Shown: positions 1-8,327 of the stretch, one piece after another
Layout: every line of letters begins with the position of its first letter
Numbering within the stretch: position 1 is the first letter of the stretch
DNA from: Opitutia bacterium KCR 482
GTDB lineage: Bacteria > Verrucomicrobiota > Verrucomicrobiia > Opitutales > Intestinicryptomonadaceae
Assembly: GCA_029269845.2 (NCBI GenBank)
Contig: CP149973.1
Span: 2,100,001 to 2,132,000, forward strand
DNA: 32,000 bases
Direction of reading: 5' to 3'
Made by a program: the position numbers and the translations under genes
The notes under the pieces: generated by a model
Told to the model about the DNA's origin: nothing
The model's input: the letters and a program-made list of their open reading frames with translations, nothing else
The model's database searches: none

Positions 1-136
1 CGTTGAGACCGCCGTAGATTTCCTCTATGCAGTCGTGGTTGAGGGCTTCGGTGATTACGCCCGCAAGGCTCGCGTTGATGACCGCCGTAGGGCCGCCGGA
101 TTGTGCAACCAGTACATTGCCGATTAATTCTTCCAT
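1..136 (-). CDS. Phosphofructokinase family (ATP- or PPi-dependent), first 45 codons only; the gene continues off the left edge
   Basis: Not in the ORF track because there is no stop in the window. The reverse complement of 1-136 reads MEELIGNVLVAQSGGPTAVINASLAGVITEALNHDCIEEIYGGLN. The SGGPTAVINAS motif matches the N-terminal PFK loop. ATG is at 136-134. Confidence 0.55.
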   Translation of the reverse strand, partial: MEELIGNVLVAQSGGPTAVINASLAGVITEALNHDCIEEIYGGLN

Positions 137-174
137 ATGTGAATCTTTCTTAATTAAGATAAAAATTTGTTTGC

Positions 175-205
175 AGTTTGCCGTTTTTTGCCTTTTTGGC
201 AAACT
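175..205. promoter_or_regulatory. 8-bp inverted repeat (agtttgcc N15 ggcaaact) in the divergent pfk/exonuclease promoter region
   Basis: Arms at 175-182 and 198-205 are perfect complements, in an AT-rich 145-bp divergent intergenic region. A TTAATTAA palindrome lies nearby at about 150-157. Function is unknown. Confidence 0.2.
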
Positions 206-281
206 TTTTCTACCCGATTCGATAAAAAAGGTGGATTTTTTCATTCGGTTGTGTATCAAAATTCGTCTTTAATATAAAAAT

Positions 282-1202
282 ATGGATTCCGACGGGCAGC
301 ACAGTTCAGATTTTTCCGATGGCGGCGGCGCGGACGGCGGCGTTTCGCAACAGCCCGTCGTGCGCTCGCGCTTCAAGTGCCTCTACCCGCGCAGGGTAAA
401 CGCCGACATGCTCCAATGCCTGCCGATTGTCGCGTACAGGGGCGAAATAGTCCTTGTGGAAGACGACGACAGGCTCGACGCCGTTCTGCCCGAAATTCTG
501 CGCGAGCGCGTGCTCGGCTTCGACACCGAAACGCGCCCGAACTTTTCGCGCAACAAGCACTATTTGGTTTCCATTCTCCAACTTTGCGGCGCGGAGAAAG
601 TCTGGATTATCAGGCTCGAACCGCTCAAACACAGGCTTTCCGACATTTACGAAATTCTCGAAAACCCCGCAATCAAGAAGGTGGGGCTTGCGGTTCACGG
701 CGACATTCTCTCGCTCAAAGAACGCTGGCTGTTTTCGCCCGCGGGCTTTGTCGATATTGCGCAGTCCACAAAGGGAATCGGCGTGATAAACACGGGCATG
801 AAAAACCTCGCGGCCCTCGTTTTGGGCGAGCGCATTTCGAAGTCGGCGCAGCTGACGAACTGGGCGAGCGACTCGCTCACGAAAAAACAGCTCGAATACG
901 CCGCGACCGACGCTTGGATTAGCCGCAGGCTCTTTCTCGAAGTCAAAAAAAGCATCGAGACCACAAGCATCGCCCTCGAACCCGAACCGAAGCAGAAGCA
1001 CAGGTTCAACTTCAAGGTTTTCGTGTCGGGCATGATGCGCACGCTCGCAAAGAAATTCGGCGAGGTTAAGCTGCGCCGACAGCATGTTTCCGCGCCCAAG
1101 AAAAGCGACGCAAACAAACAGCAGCCCCGCAACGGCGGGCGCAGACGCTCTGGCAAACGGAATCCGCAGGACGGCCGAAATTCGGGCGGAAAGCGCGGAT
1201 AA
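282..1202 (+). CDS. 3'-5' exonuclease domain protein (RNase D / WRN-like DEDDy family) with a basic low-complexity C-terminal tail
   Basis: 306-aa ORF. Motifs: VLGFDTETRP (Exo I DxE), HGDILSLK region, and YAATDAWISRRLF (Exo III Y-x3-D). The C-terminus is Lys/Arg/Gly-rich. Confidence 0.8.
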   Translation: MDSDGQHSSDFSDGGGADGGVSQQPVVRSRFKCLYPRRVNADMLQCLPIVAYRGEIVLVEDDDRLDAVLPEILRERVLGFDTETRPNFSRNKHYLVSILQLCGAEKVWIIRLEPLKHRLSDIYEILENPAIKKVGLAVHGDILSLKERWLFSPAGFVDIAQSTKGIGVINTGMKNLAALVLGERISKSAQLTNWASDSLTKKQLEYAATDAWISRRLFLEVKKSIETTSIALEPEPKQKHRFNFKVFVSGMMRTLAKKFGEVKLRRQHVSAPKKSDANKQQPRNGGRRRSGKRNPQDGRNSGGKRG

Positions 1203-1594
1203 TTTTTGCGCAGGCTCGCGGGGCGCGAGGCGTTTCTGTCTCAACCGCGATTGGGGCAAGCGATAATTTTTGCGCAGACGCGCCGCGAGTGTTTGTTGCG
1301 CGGGGAGCGTATTTCGCGGTGTAGGCGGCTGCCGTTCGGCATGTATGCTTGCGCGTATTTGTTGCGCGGGAGGTATTATATAAAGGCGAGGTTGCTCAGA
1401 GTCGGCATTCGGCATGCAGGCGTTGCGCGTTGCAATTATATTATACAGGCGGCGCGGACTGACGCGATTGATTTTTCCGCCGCGCGTGTTTTGCGCGGAA
1501 TTTATGCGGCGCGTTGTCGGGAAAATTTCGGCGCGGATTGTTCGGCGGATTTGCGCCGCAGTCGAGAGGCGGATTTTTTGCGCGTCGGGGCGGG

Positions 1595-4003
1595 TTAAAA
1601 TTCCCCGCGCCCCACGAGCAACGCGTAGTTGTTGCCCCATTCGCTCGACGCAATGCACATTATTTTTTTCGGGTTGTCGGGCAGTTTTGCCTCGTCGAAA
1701 AGTTTTACGCCGGTGCGCTGTTTCCAGAGCGGTCTGCCGCCCGCCAAGGCTTCGAGCGCGAACACGAGCGTTGCGGGCGCGGACGCCGTTTCGAGGTATC
1801 CCGTGTTGAGCGAGCTTGCGAGCATCGGGGCGTCGGGGAAGAGCGTGTCGCGGACGAACACCGCGACGGAGTCTTGCGCGCAGCCGCGCGGACTCCACAA
1901 AACCAAGTCGATTTCCTCCGCGCGAATCTTTGCCGCGTCAAGTGCTTCGCGCGCCGCCCGCAGGAGTCCGTCGTTGTCCAAGTTGTGCGAGCCGAACGCG
2001 CAGGCGTCGGAAGCCGCCGCAAAGGCGAGAATTTCGCCGAGGATTTTTGCTCCCCGCGCTTTCGCTGTTTCCGCGTCTTCGACGAGCGCCGCAGCCGCGC
2101 CCTCGCCGAGCACTCCGCACGAGGGCGTCGAAAAGCTTAGCCTGAAATTTTCCTCTATCGCGCCCCTGTGGATTTTCCCGAATTTTTCGTAGGCGTCTAT
2201 TTCGCGCTTGTAGAGTTCGTCGGCGGCGATTGCGAGCACGCTTTTTACGGCGTTTTCGCGGACGAGCCGCGCCGCGTGTCCGAGCGTTTGCAGCCCCGAA
2301 TTCGGGCCGGACGTCAGCGTGATGTTCGCGCCCTTTATTTCGAGAGCCTTCGACACCCAGCCCGCCGTCGAGTTCGGCGTGATGTTCGAGAAGCAGGCGA
2401 TGTCGCCGCGGTTGTCGGGCGACGAGAACACCGCCTCCATGTGCGCGGTTTCCGACGAGCCGCGGCATGTGGAAACCGCAAGCCCCACGCTTTCGCAGTT
2501 GTCCCTGCGGATTCGCAGCCCAGCCTTGTCGAGCGCGCCCTTTGCGGCGAGCGTCGCCATGACCGCAATCGGCGTCATTCCCGAAAAATCGACGCGCCTG
2601 TCGAGCGTCCGCGGGTTCGGCAGGTTCACTAGCCCCGCGCTGCGCTCCGACTCGAAGCGCGAAATTTTCGCCACTCCCGATTCTCCGTTTTCGAGCGCAT
2701 CGATGTTCTTTTCCGTCCCGATTCCGAGCGGCGTTATCGCCGAACAGCCCGTGATTACCGTGCGGACTTCCGATTCGGGCTTTTCGCGCCGAACAAACGA
2801 GTCTTTCGCCACGACCACCGCCGCGTTGTTGCCCGCAAACGCGTAGTTTGCCGAAATGAAGCGGTCGTATTCGGTTTCGATTCCCGCGCCGCCGACAGCC
2901 TCTATTTCGCAGCCCGCGCGTGCGCCCACATTGCGGAGCGTGGGCGGAATGAAATTGTCGTTCATTGCCAGCAGCTGGCATGTCGCCTCTATTATTCCCG
3001 TCGCGCCCATGCAGTGCCCCGTGTACGATTTTGTCGAGGTCGTCGGCACGTTTGCGCCGCCGAGAAATTTTGCTATTCCCTTCGATTCAGCTCTGTCGTT
3101 TGCCGCCGTTCCGGAGCCGTGGGCGTTTATGCAGCCAGCTTCGGCGGGCGAAATTCCCGCGTCGGCCGCGGCGTCGCGCATGGTGCGGAACGCGCCGTCG
3201 CCGCGGGGGTCGGGCTGCGTGGGGTGGTGGGCGTCGCCGCTTGTGGCGTGCCCTACGATTTTCCCGTAGATTTTCGCCCCCCGCGCCTTTGCGATTCCCC
3301 TGTTTTCGATAATCCAGAACGCCGCGCCCTCGCCGATGTTCATTCCCACGGGCGTCGAAAACGGCGCGATTTTTTCGGGCGACATCACCTTGATTGCGTT
3401 GAAGCCCGCGAAGTTCGACAACGCCGCCGCGTCCGCGCCGCCCGCCAAGACGCAGTCGTAGCGTCCCGACTCCACGAGCGACTGCGCAATTCCCAACGCC
3501 GCCGTCGAGCCAGAGCACGCCGTGTTGATTACAATGCACTCGCCGCCGATTTTAAGCGCGTCCGCCACCGCCTTGCCGATTGCGTAGTTTTCGTACTGGT
3601 CAAGCTCGGCTTTGCCGAATTTTACGGACGGGTCGCGGTACTGCGCTACGTATTCCGCTTCTCCCGAATTTAGACCTGCGTTGCACGTTGCAAGCACCGC
3701 CGCCGTGCGGGGGGGCAGGGCGGGAAGCCCCGCGTTTTTCGCCGCCCGCCGCGCTGCGGAAATGGCGAGCCGCAGGAAGGGGTCGGTAAAAGTTTCAAGC
3801 TCGGCGGCGGACATTTCCGCGGCGTAGTCGAAATGCGTTTCGCCGCACATTTGCGACGCGAAGCGCGACGCGTCTATTTTCGTCGCCTGCGCAATGCCGT
3901 CGCGCCCCGCGCGGAGGGAGGCGAGAATGGACTCGCAGTCGTTGCCTATCGGCGTGATTGCGCCTATTCCCGTGATTGCGGCCTCAATTTTGTTTTGTTG
4001 CAT
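1595..4003 (-). CDS. Fused beta-ketoacyl-ACP synthase plus chain-length-factor-like domain (KS-CLF single chain)
   Basis: 802 aa. The N-terminal half has the KS triad motifs INTACSGSTAA, GDAHHPT, INAHGSGTAAND and GHCMGATG. The C-terminal half is KS-like, but the active-site position reads TLTSGPNSG (no Cys). The start overlaps the upstream gene by 20 nt. Confidence 0.85.
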   Translation of the reverse strand: MQQNKIEAAITGIGAITPIGNDCESILASLRAGRDGIAQATKIDASRFASQMCGETHFDYAAEMSAAELETFTDPFLRLAISAARRAAKNAGLPALPPRTAAVLATCNAGLNSGEAEYVAQYRDPSVKFGKAELDQYENYAIGKAVADALKIGGECIVINTACSGSTAALGIAQSLVESGRYDCVLAGGADAAALSNFAGFNAIKVMSPEKIAPFSTPVGMNIGEGAAFWIIENRGIAKARGAKIYGKIVGHATSGDAHHPTQPDPRGDGAFRTMRDAAADAGISPAEAGCINAHGSGTAANDRAESKGIAKFLGGANVPTTSTKSYTGHCMGATGIIEATCQLLAMNDNFIPPTLRNVGARAGCEIEAVGGAGIETEYDRFISANYAFAGNNAAVVVAKDSFVRREKPESEVRTVITGCSAITPLGIGTEKNIDALENGESGVAKISRFESERSAGLVNLPNPRTLDRRVDFSGMTPIAVMATLAAKGALDKAGLRIRRDNCESVGLAVSTCRGSSETAHMEAVFSSPDNRGDIACFSNITPNSTAGWVSKALEIKGANITLTSGPNSGLQTLGHAARLVRENAVKSVLAIAADELYKREIDAYEKFGKIHRGAIEENFRLSFSTPSCGVLGEGAAAALVEDAETAKARGAKILGEILAFAAASDACAFGSHNLDNDGLLRAAREALDAAKIRAEEIDLVLWSPRGCAQDSVAVFVRDTLFPDAPMLASSLNTGYLETASAPATLVFALEALAGGRPLWKQRTGVKLFDEAKLPDNPKKIMCIASSEWGNNYALLVGRGEF

Positions 4004-4514
4004 TCCGATTTGTGTTTAAGGTTGAAACGAATTCGAGCGCGAGCGTGTAGCTTTCCGCCTCGATTTTAATTTTCGTCGGGATTTCGCGCCCGCCGATTTT
4101 TTTGAAATTTCCGAAAACCGCCCTGTATCCGTCGAACGACACCGATTCGAGCCTGTCGCCCGACCTCCCGAAAAACACGGTGTCTGCATTCCCGAAACCG
4201 CCGAATCCGAGCACGATTCGGAGGTCGCGCAGGGCGAATTTTTCGGCGAGCCTTTGCGGCAGAATCGCGCTTCCCTCGCACGAGGCGTTTCCGTCGGCGT
4301 CCGCCGAGATTTTCGCGAGCCTCCCCGCGACGCCCTGCAAGACCATCTGCGCCGAGTTTTCTCCGCCCGCAACGTACACTGTAAGCGCGATGTCCGCGCC
4401 GCCTGCCGAGAGAATCCCGCGCTGAATGTACGACATTCCCCGCAGCGGGTAGTCTGCCGCGAATGCTGCCGCGCAGAGCATGAGCGCGAGGGCGACTGTT
4501 GCGAGTTTGCGCAT
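3984..4514 (-). CDS. Small secreted protein of unknown function; it occupies the position of the small DUF3261-type lipoprotein of aryl-polyene-type clusters
   Basis: Internal ATG at 4514 gives MRKLATVALALMLCAAAFA/ADY, a signal peptide. The Arg-rich 91-aa extension of the 267-aa track ORF was rejected. A 1-nt gap separates it from the upstream stop. The family assignment comes from context only. Confidence 0.55.
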   Translation of the reverse strand: MRKLATVALALMLCAAAFAADYPLRGMSYIQRGILSAGGADIALTVYVAGGENSAQMVLQGVAGRLAKISADADGNASCEGSAILPQRLAEKFALRDLRIVLGFGGFGNADTVFFGRSGDRLESVSFDGYRAVFGNFKKIGGREIPTKIKIEAESYTLALEFVSTLNTNRNATKQN

Positions 4515-4515
4515 T

Positions 4516-5079
4516 TTAAAATTCGGGTTTGTCGAAATTTTTTTCGTCGAACGCCGCTTCGATTCCCTTCGGATTCTCGCGGATTTCCGAAATCGAAAGT
4601 ACGGTTTTGTCGCCGTTTGTCTCGAAAAATTCGAGCGATTTCGGGAAGCGTCCCGAATAGACCACGACGATTTTTTTGATGAACTTCCGCACGCCCGCCG
4701 ACTTCGGCGTAAGCGTCGCGGTGTCGCCGTCGCGCCGCACGTTGTAGTCTTCCGAAGACTCTCCGATTGCGAGCCTGCCGATTTCACGCGCGGTGCGCCT
4801 TACCGCCTCCGCAAACGGCGTGTCGAGCCTCCGCCAGCCGTCGGACGTTTTTTCGAACGCGAATACCCCGCGCTCGTTGCAGATTGTAAGCGACTCGAAC
4901 GGCGAGAGCACGCGCCAGCGCACCCTGCCGCTTGCGTCCGCCGCAAGCGTGCATTCGCCGACGACGGGTTCGGGCAGAATCGAGACGTATTTGCTTTGCG
5001 TCATTCTCACGAGCACCGATTCGGGCGCGGCGGAGAGCGCGCACGCCGCAAGCATTATCACTGCCGCAAATTTTTTCAT
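4516..5079 (-). CDS. LolA-like outer-membrane lipoprotein carrier family protein (lipid-export accessory)
   Basis: Internal ATG at 5079 gives MKKFAAVIMLAAC, a signal peptide with an L-A-A-C lipobox. The protein is 187 aa. ATGA overlap with the upstream KS stop (5076-5079). The LolA-like call rests on size, signal peptide and cluster context. Confidence 0.5.
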   Translation of the reverse strand: MKKFAAVIMLAACALSAAPESVLVRMTQSKYVSILPEPVVGECTLAADASGRVRWRVLSPFESLTICNERGVFAFEKTSDGWRRLDTPFAEAVRRTAREIGRLAIGESSEDYNVRRDGDTATLTPKSAGVRKFIKKIVVVYSGRFPKSLEFFETNGDKTVLSISEIRENPKGIEAAFDEKNFDKPEF

Positions 5080-7157
5080 AGTATTTTGAAAATTGTCAGC
5101 GCGCGCATGTTCGTCGAGGACATTGTGTACCGCGCGAAGATTTTGCCGCTCTCGCCCGATTTTTCGGCAATCGCCGCCGCCGAAACGCAGTAGTTTGCGC
5201 CGTATTTTCCGCCGGAAAATTCGGGCGTTCCGAAGCTTTCGGCGAGCGCGTCGAGGCGTTTTTTTTGAAACGCGTTTTGCGGCGTTGACGCGAGGAATCC
5301 GCCCAATTCTTTCGGCGAAAGCCCGATGTCGGCGAGGATTTTTTCGGCTCTTGCGCGTTCCGCATTTGCGTCGCGCGAAATTCTTGCAATGTCGAGGGCG
5401 AGGATTTCCGCAAGCGGTTCGGCTTCCGCGCAGTGCTCCGTTCCGACGAAATATGCCGCGGCGAAGTCGGAGGTTTCGGCGGGGCGTCCCCTTTGCTTCA
5501 AAAACTCGTCGGCAAGTTCGGCGTGTTCGTCGCCCGCGCAGACGACCGCCGCGTCCGCGCCGCCGCAGTATATCTCGCGCAGAGTTTGCGCCATTGCGCA
5601 TTCGAACGAAATTTCCTTTGCGGTCGCCGCGCTGTTCAGCCCTCCGAATTTTTCGCGCACGGCAATCGCCGACGGCACCGCGTTGTGCACCGAGTTCGTG
5701 AACGCCGTCGGCATGGGTTCGGCCTCGCGCTTTTCGAAAACGTTTTCGACGAACGCGAGCGTCTGCGACGTCATTCCAAGCCCCGTGCCCCAGCAGACGG
5801 CGGTTCTGTTTTTTTCGGCTTTCGGCTTCGCGCGGGCGAGCGCGGTTTCCGCGGCTTGAAGTCCCATTTTTTGCAGGTGCGCGAATTTGCGTTTTTTTAG
5901 CGGCGGAATGTTAGGCAGAAGCGCGGAGTCTTCCGCAATTCCGCCGTCGCCTACGATTCCGAAGCCGTAGACGAACACGCGCCGTTTTTCGGAGGGCTTT
6001 GCCGTTTGCGGTTTTTTGCGCGAAATCGCAACCGCCGCGTTGTTGCCGCCGAAGCCGAGCGAAACCGTGAGCGCCGTGTTTATTTCGGCGTCTTTCACCT
6101 CCGCTTCGGGGGCGATTCCGACTTCTTCGTCGAATGTTTCGAAGCCCGCGTTCGGCGGAATTTTAGAGCGTTTTGCAGCCTCTACCGAAAGTATCGCGTT
6201 GACTATTCCGCTCGCGCCGAGCGTGTGTCCGAACACGCGTTTGAGCGACGAAAACGGCGGAATGTCTTGCCCGAAAACTTTTTTCAGAGCGGCGGCTTCC
6301 GCGGTGTCGTTTCCGCGCGTCGCCGTGCCGTGGGCGTTGTAGTAGTCGGCTTTCGGGGAGCTTACCAACGCCGCCGACATCGCCCGCGCCGCGCCGTCGC
6401 CGTCTGGGGCGGGGGCTGTCGCGTGGTACGCATCGCAGGTTCGCGCCCAGCCCGAAATGTAGGCAAGAGGCTCGGCTTTCGCCGCGCCGTCGGCGGCGAG
6501 AATCATCACTCCCGCGGCTTCGCCCAGATTTATGCCGTCGCGGTTTTTGTCGAAGGGCGAGCATTTGCCTTTCGAAAGCAGAAGAAGGGAGCCGAAGCCG
6601 TTTACTGTAATGCGCGAGAGCGCGTCGACCCCGCAGACTATCGCGGCGTCGCACGCTCCCTGCGAAATCGCGTTGCACGCCTCCGCGAGCGCGATTGAAG
6701 AGCTTGAACACGCCGTCGAGAACGCCGCGCATTCGCCGAGCGCGCCCGCACGTTTTGCCGCGATTTCGGCGAGGGTTGAGCATTCGTAGCCTGCGAGTTC
6801 GCGCAGTCCGTTCCCGCCGCTTTTGCGGTTTCGTTCGAGCATGTTTTCGGTCTCGAAAATGCCGCCGATGCTCGTGCCCGCAAACACGGCGATTCTCTCC
6901 CGCGCGATTCCCCCCAAGTCGGCATTCGCCAACGCTTCGTCCAACGCCGCAATCAGCAGGCGTTCGCAGCGCGAGCGTCTGCCGTTCTGCGGAATGTCCG
7001 CCGCCGCTACGAATTTGTCGGCGTGGCGCGGGCTTTCGAAGAGCCGCAGTTGCGAGAGGCTGTCGCGCCCCGAAAACGCGGCGTCTGCGGCGTCCCCGAG
7101 CGACATTCCCGCCGCCGCCGCCAGTCCGGCGGATATTACTGCGGGAACTCGGCTCAT
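5076..7157 (-). CDS. Second fused beta-ketoacyl-ACP synthase plus CLF-like domain
   Basis: 693 aa. N-terminal half: FSTACSSSSIALAEA, CDAYHATAP, YNAHGTATRGND, GHTLGASG. The C-terminal half is KS-like, with TAKEISFECA in place of the Cys motif. ATGA overlap with the ACP stop (7154-7157). Confidence 0.85.
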   Translation of the reverse strand: MSRVPAVISAGLAAAAGMSLGDAADAAFSGRDSLSQLRLFESPRHADKFVAAADIPQNGRRSRCERLLIAALDEALANADLGGIARERIAVFAGTSIGGIFETENMLERNRKSGGNGLRELAGYECSTLAEIAAKRAGALGECAAFSTACSSSSIALAEACNAISQGACDAAIVCGVDALSRITVNGFGSLLLLSKGKCSPFDKNRDGINLGEAAGVMILAADGAAKAEPLAYISGWARTCDAYHATAPAPDGDGAARAMSAALVSSPKADYYNAHGTATRGNDTAEAAALKKVFGQDIPPFSSLKRVFGHTLGASGIVNAILSVEAAKRSKIPPNAGFETFDEEVGIAPEAEVKDAEINTALTVSLGFGGNNAAVAISRKKPQTAKPSEKRRVFVYGFGIVGDGGIAEDSALLPNIPPLKKRKFAHLQKMGLQAAETALARAKPKAEKNRTAVCWGTGLGMTSQTLAFVENVFEKREAEPMPTAFTNSVHNAVPSAIAVREKFGGLNSAATAKEISFECAMAQTLREIYCGGADAAVVCAGDEHAELADEFLKQRGRPAETSDFAAAYFVGTEHCAEAEPLAEILALDIARISRDANAERARAEKILADIGLSPKELGGFLASTPQNAFQKKRLDALAESFGTPEFSGGKYGANYCVSAAAIAEKSGESGKIFARYTMSSTNMRALTIFKIL

Positions 7158-7417
7158 TTTTTCTTGGAAATCACGAAGTCGGCGAGCGCGCCGACCGACG
7201 CAAAGACCGTTTTTGCGTCCGCGCTTTCGTCCACCGACACCCCGTATTCGCGTTCGACCATCACGACGAGTTCGAGGGCGTCTACCGAGTCAAGCCCCAG
7301 CCCGCCGTCGCCGAAGAGTTCGGCGTCGGTTTCGATGTCGGACGGCGACACGCCCTGCAAGTTCAGAGCCGACACGATTTTAACCTTGATGTCTTCGATA
7401 AGCGAGTTTCTGTCCAT
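7154..7417 (-). CDS. Acyl carrier protein
   Basis: 87 aa. GLGLDSVDALELV phosphopantetheine-attachment motif (DS-x-D), with an acidic helix-II pattern. Confidence 0.85.
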   Translation of the reverse strand: MDRNSLIEDIKVKIVSALNLQGVSPSDIETDAELFGDGGLGLDSVDALELVVMVEREYGVSVDESADAKTVFASVGALADFVISKKK

Positions 7418-7475
7418 TTCAAAAAAATATAATTGCCGTCATCTTATTCCGCGCCCGTCGTCGCGCAAGCATATT

Positions 7476-8327
7476 TCAATTCCAGAAATCGTAAAAATTG
7501 AACCACTGGTACTTGTATTTTCGGAGCGCGGTTTCGAGGTTTTTCATGAATGCGCGCGCGCAGTCGTCGGGCGGCGTTTTTGCGGGGTCGAAAACCTCCG
7601 ACGCCCGCATTGCGTATTCGAATTTTTTTTCGCGCGTGCAGATTATCTGCACGGCTTTGACTTTCGCCGTTTTTGCGAGCGAAAACGCGGCGGTTGGCGT
7701 TTTCACTTTCGAGCCGAAAAATTCCGCCTCCGCGAACCTTCCGCCCGCGTACCTGTCGGCGTGGATTGCGACAATCGCGCCCCTTTTGAGTGCGGCGTAG
7801 GCTTCGACGTATCCGAGCGAGCCGTCGTCGAAAATCTTGGGCGCGCCGATTTTCCGCGCCGATTCGGCGAGCTTTTGAAGTTCGGGGTTCTCCCTGTCCG
7901 CGCCGAGTACCACGACCTCCCTGCCGTATTCCGAAAGCTTTGTTCCCGCCGCCGCCCAGCCGCCGACGTGCGCCGTGAGCACCACGACCCCGCGTCCGTC
8001 CGCCATCGCGTCTTCGAGCGTCGCGCGGCACTCGTCGCGCAGTGTTATCTTGCTTTCGCCGAGCATGACGGAGGTTCTGTCGAGCAGGCACGCTCCGAAC
8101 GTAAACAGCAGTTTGTAGGTCTCCGCCGAGAACGCCCCGACTTTCCGCCCGTTCACGCGCGACAGAAATTCGACCGCCCCCGCGCAAGCGCGTCTTCTGA
8201 AAACCATGAAGTACGCCGCCACGAACGCCAGCAGAACGTACGCGGGCGCAAGCCCCAGCTTCAGGAGTTTGAGAAAGCAGAGGTTTCCCCAGTAGCCGCC
8301 GTAGCTTTTGCCCGTCCACTGGCTCAT
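7476..8327 (-). CDS. Lysophospholipid / lipid A-type (LpxL-HtrB family) acyltransferase
   Basis: Start taken at 8327 (MSQWTGKSYGG), forming an ATGA overlap with the exporter stop. Features: N-terminal TM segment, LTAHVGGWA (H-x4-like acyltransferase motif), and a C-terminal KYKYQWFNFYDFW typical of this family. Confidence 0.7.
   Translation of the reverse strand: MSQWTGKSYGGYWGNLCFLKLLKLGLAPAYVLLAFVAAYFMVFRRRACAGAVEFLSRVNGRKVGAFSAETYKLLFTFGACLLDRTSVMLGESKITLRDECRATLEDAMADGRGVVVLTAHVGGWAAAGTKLSEYGREVVVLGADRENPELQKLAESARKIGAPKIFDDGSLGYVEAYAALKRGAIVAIHADRYAGGRFAEAEFFGSKVKTPTAAFSLAKTAKVKAVQIICTREKKFEYAMRASEVFDPAKTPPDDCARAFMKNLETALRKYKYQWFNFYDFWN

Noticed and set aside
306-1898. 530-aa minus-strand ORF spanning the exonuclease gene and the intergenic region
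   Set aside because: It has an extreme Arg/Ala/Pro composition and no recognisable motifs. It is antisense to a gene with clear DEDDy motifs. This is a typical shadow ORF of high-GC DNA.
3984-5601. Long versions of the two small genes (267-aa and 361-aa track ORFs) and the 835-aa version of the exporter
   Set aside because: The N-terminal extensions are Arg/Lys-rich and overlap the preceding genes extensively. Internal ATGs at 4514, 5079 and 10651 give clean signal peptides or TM helices and 1-4-nt gene junctions.
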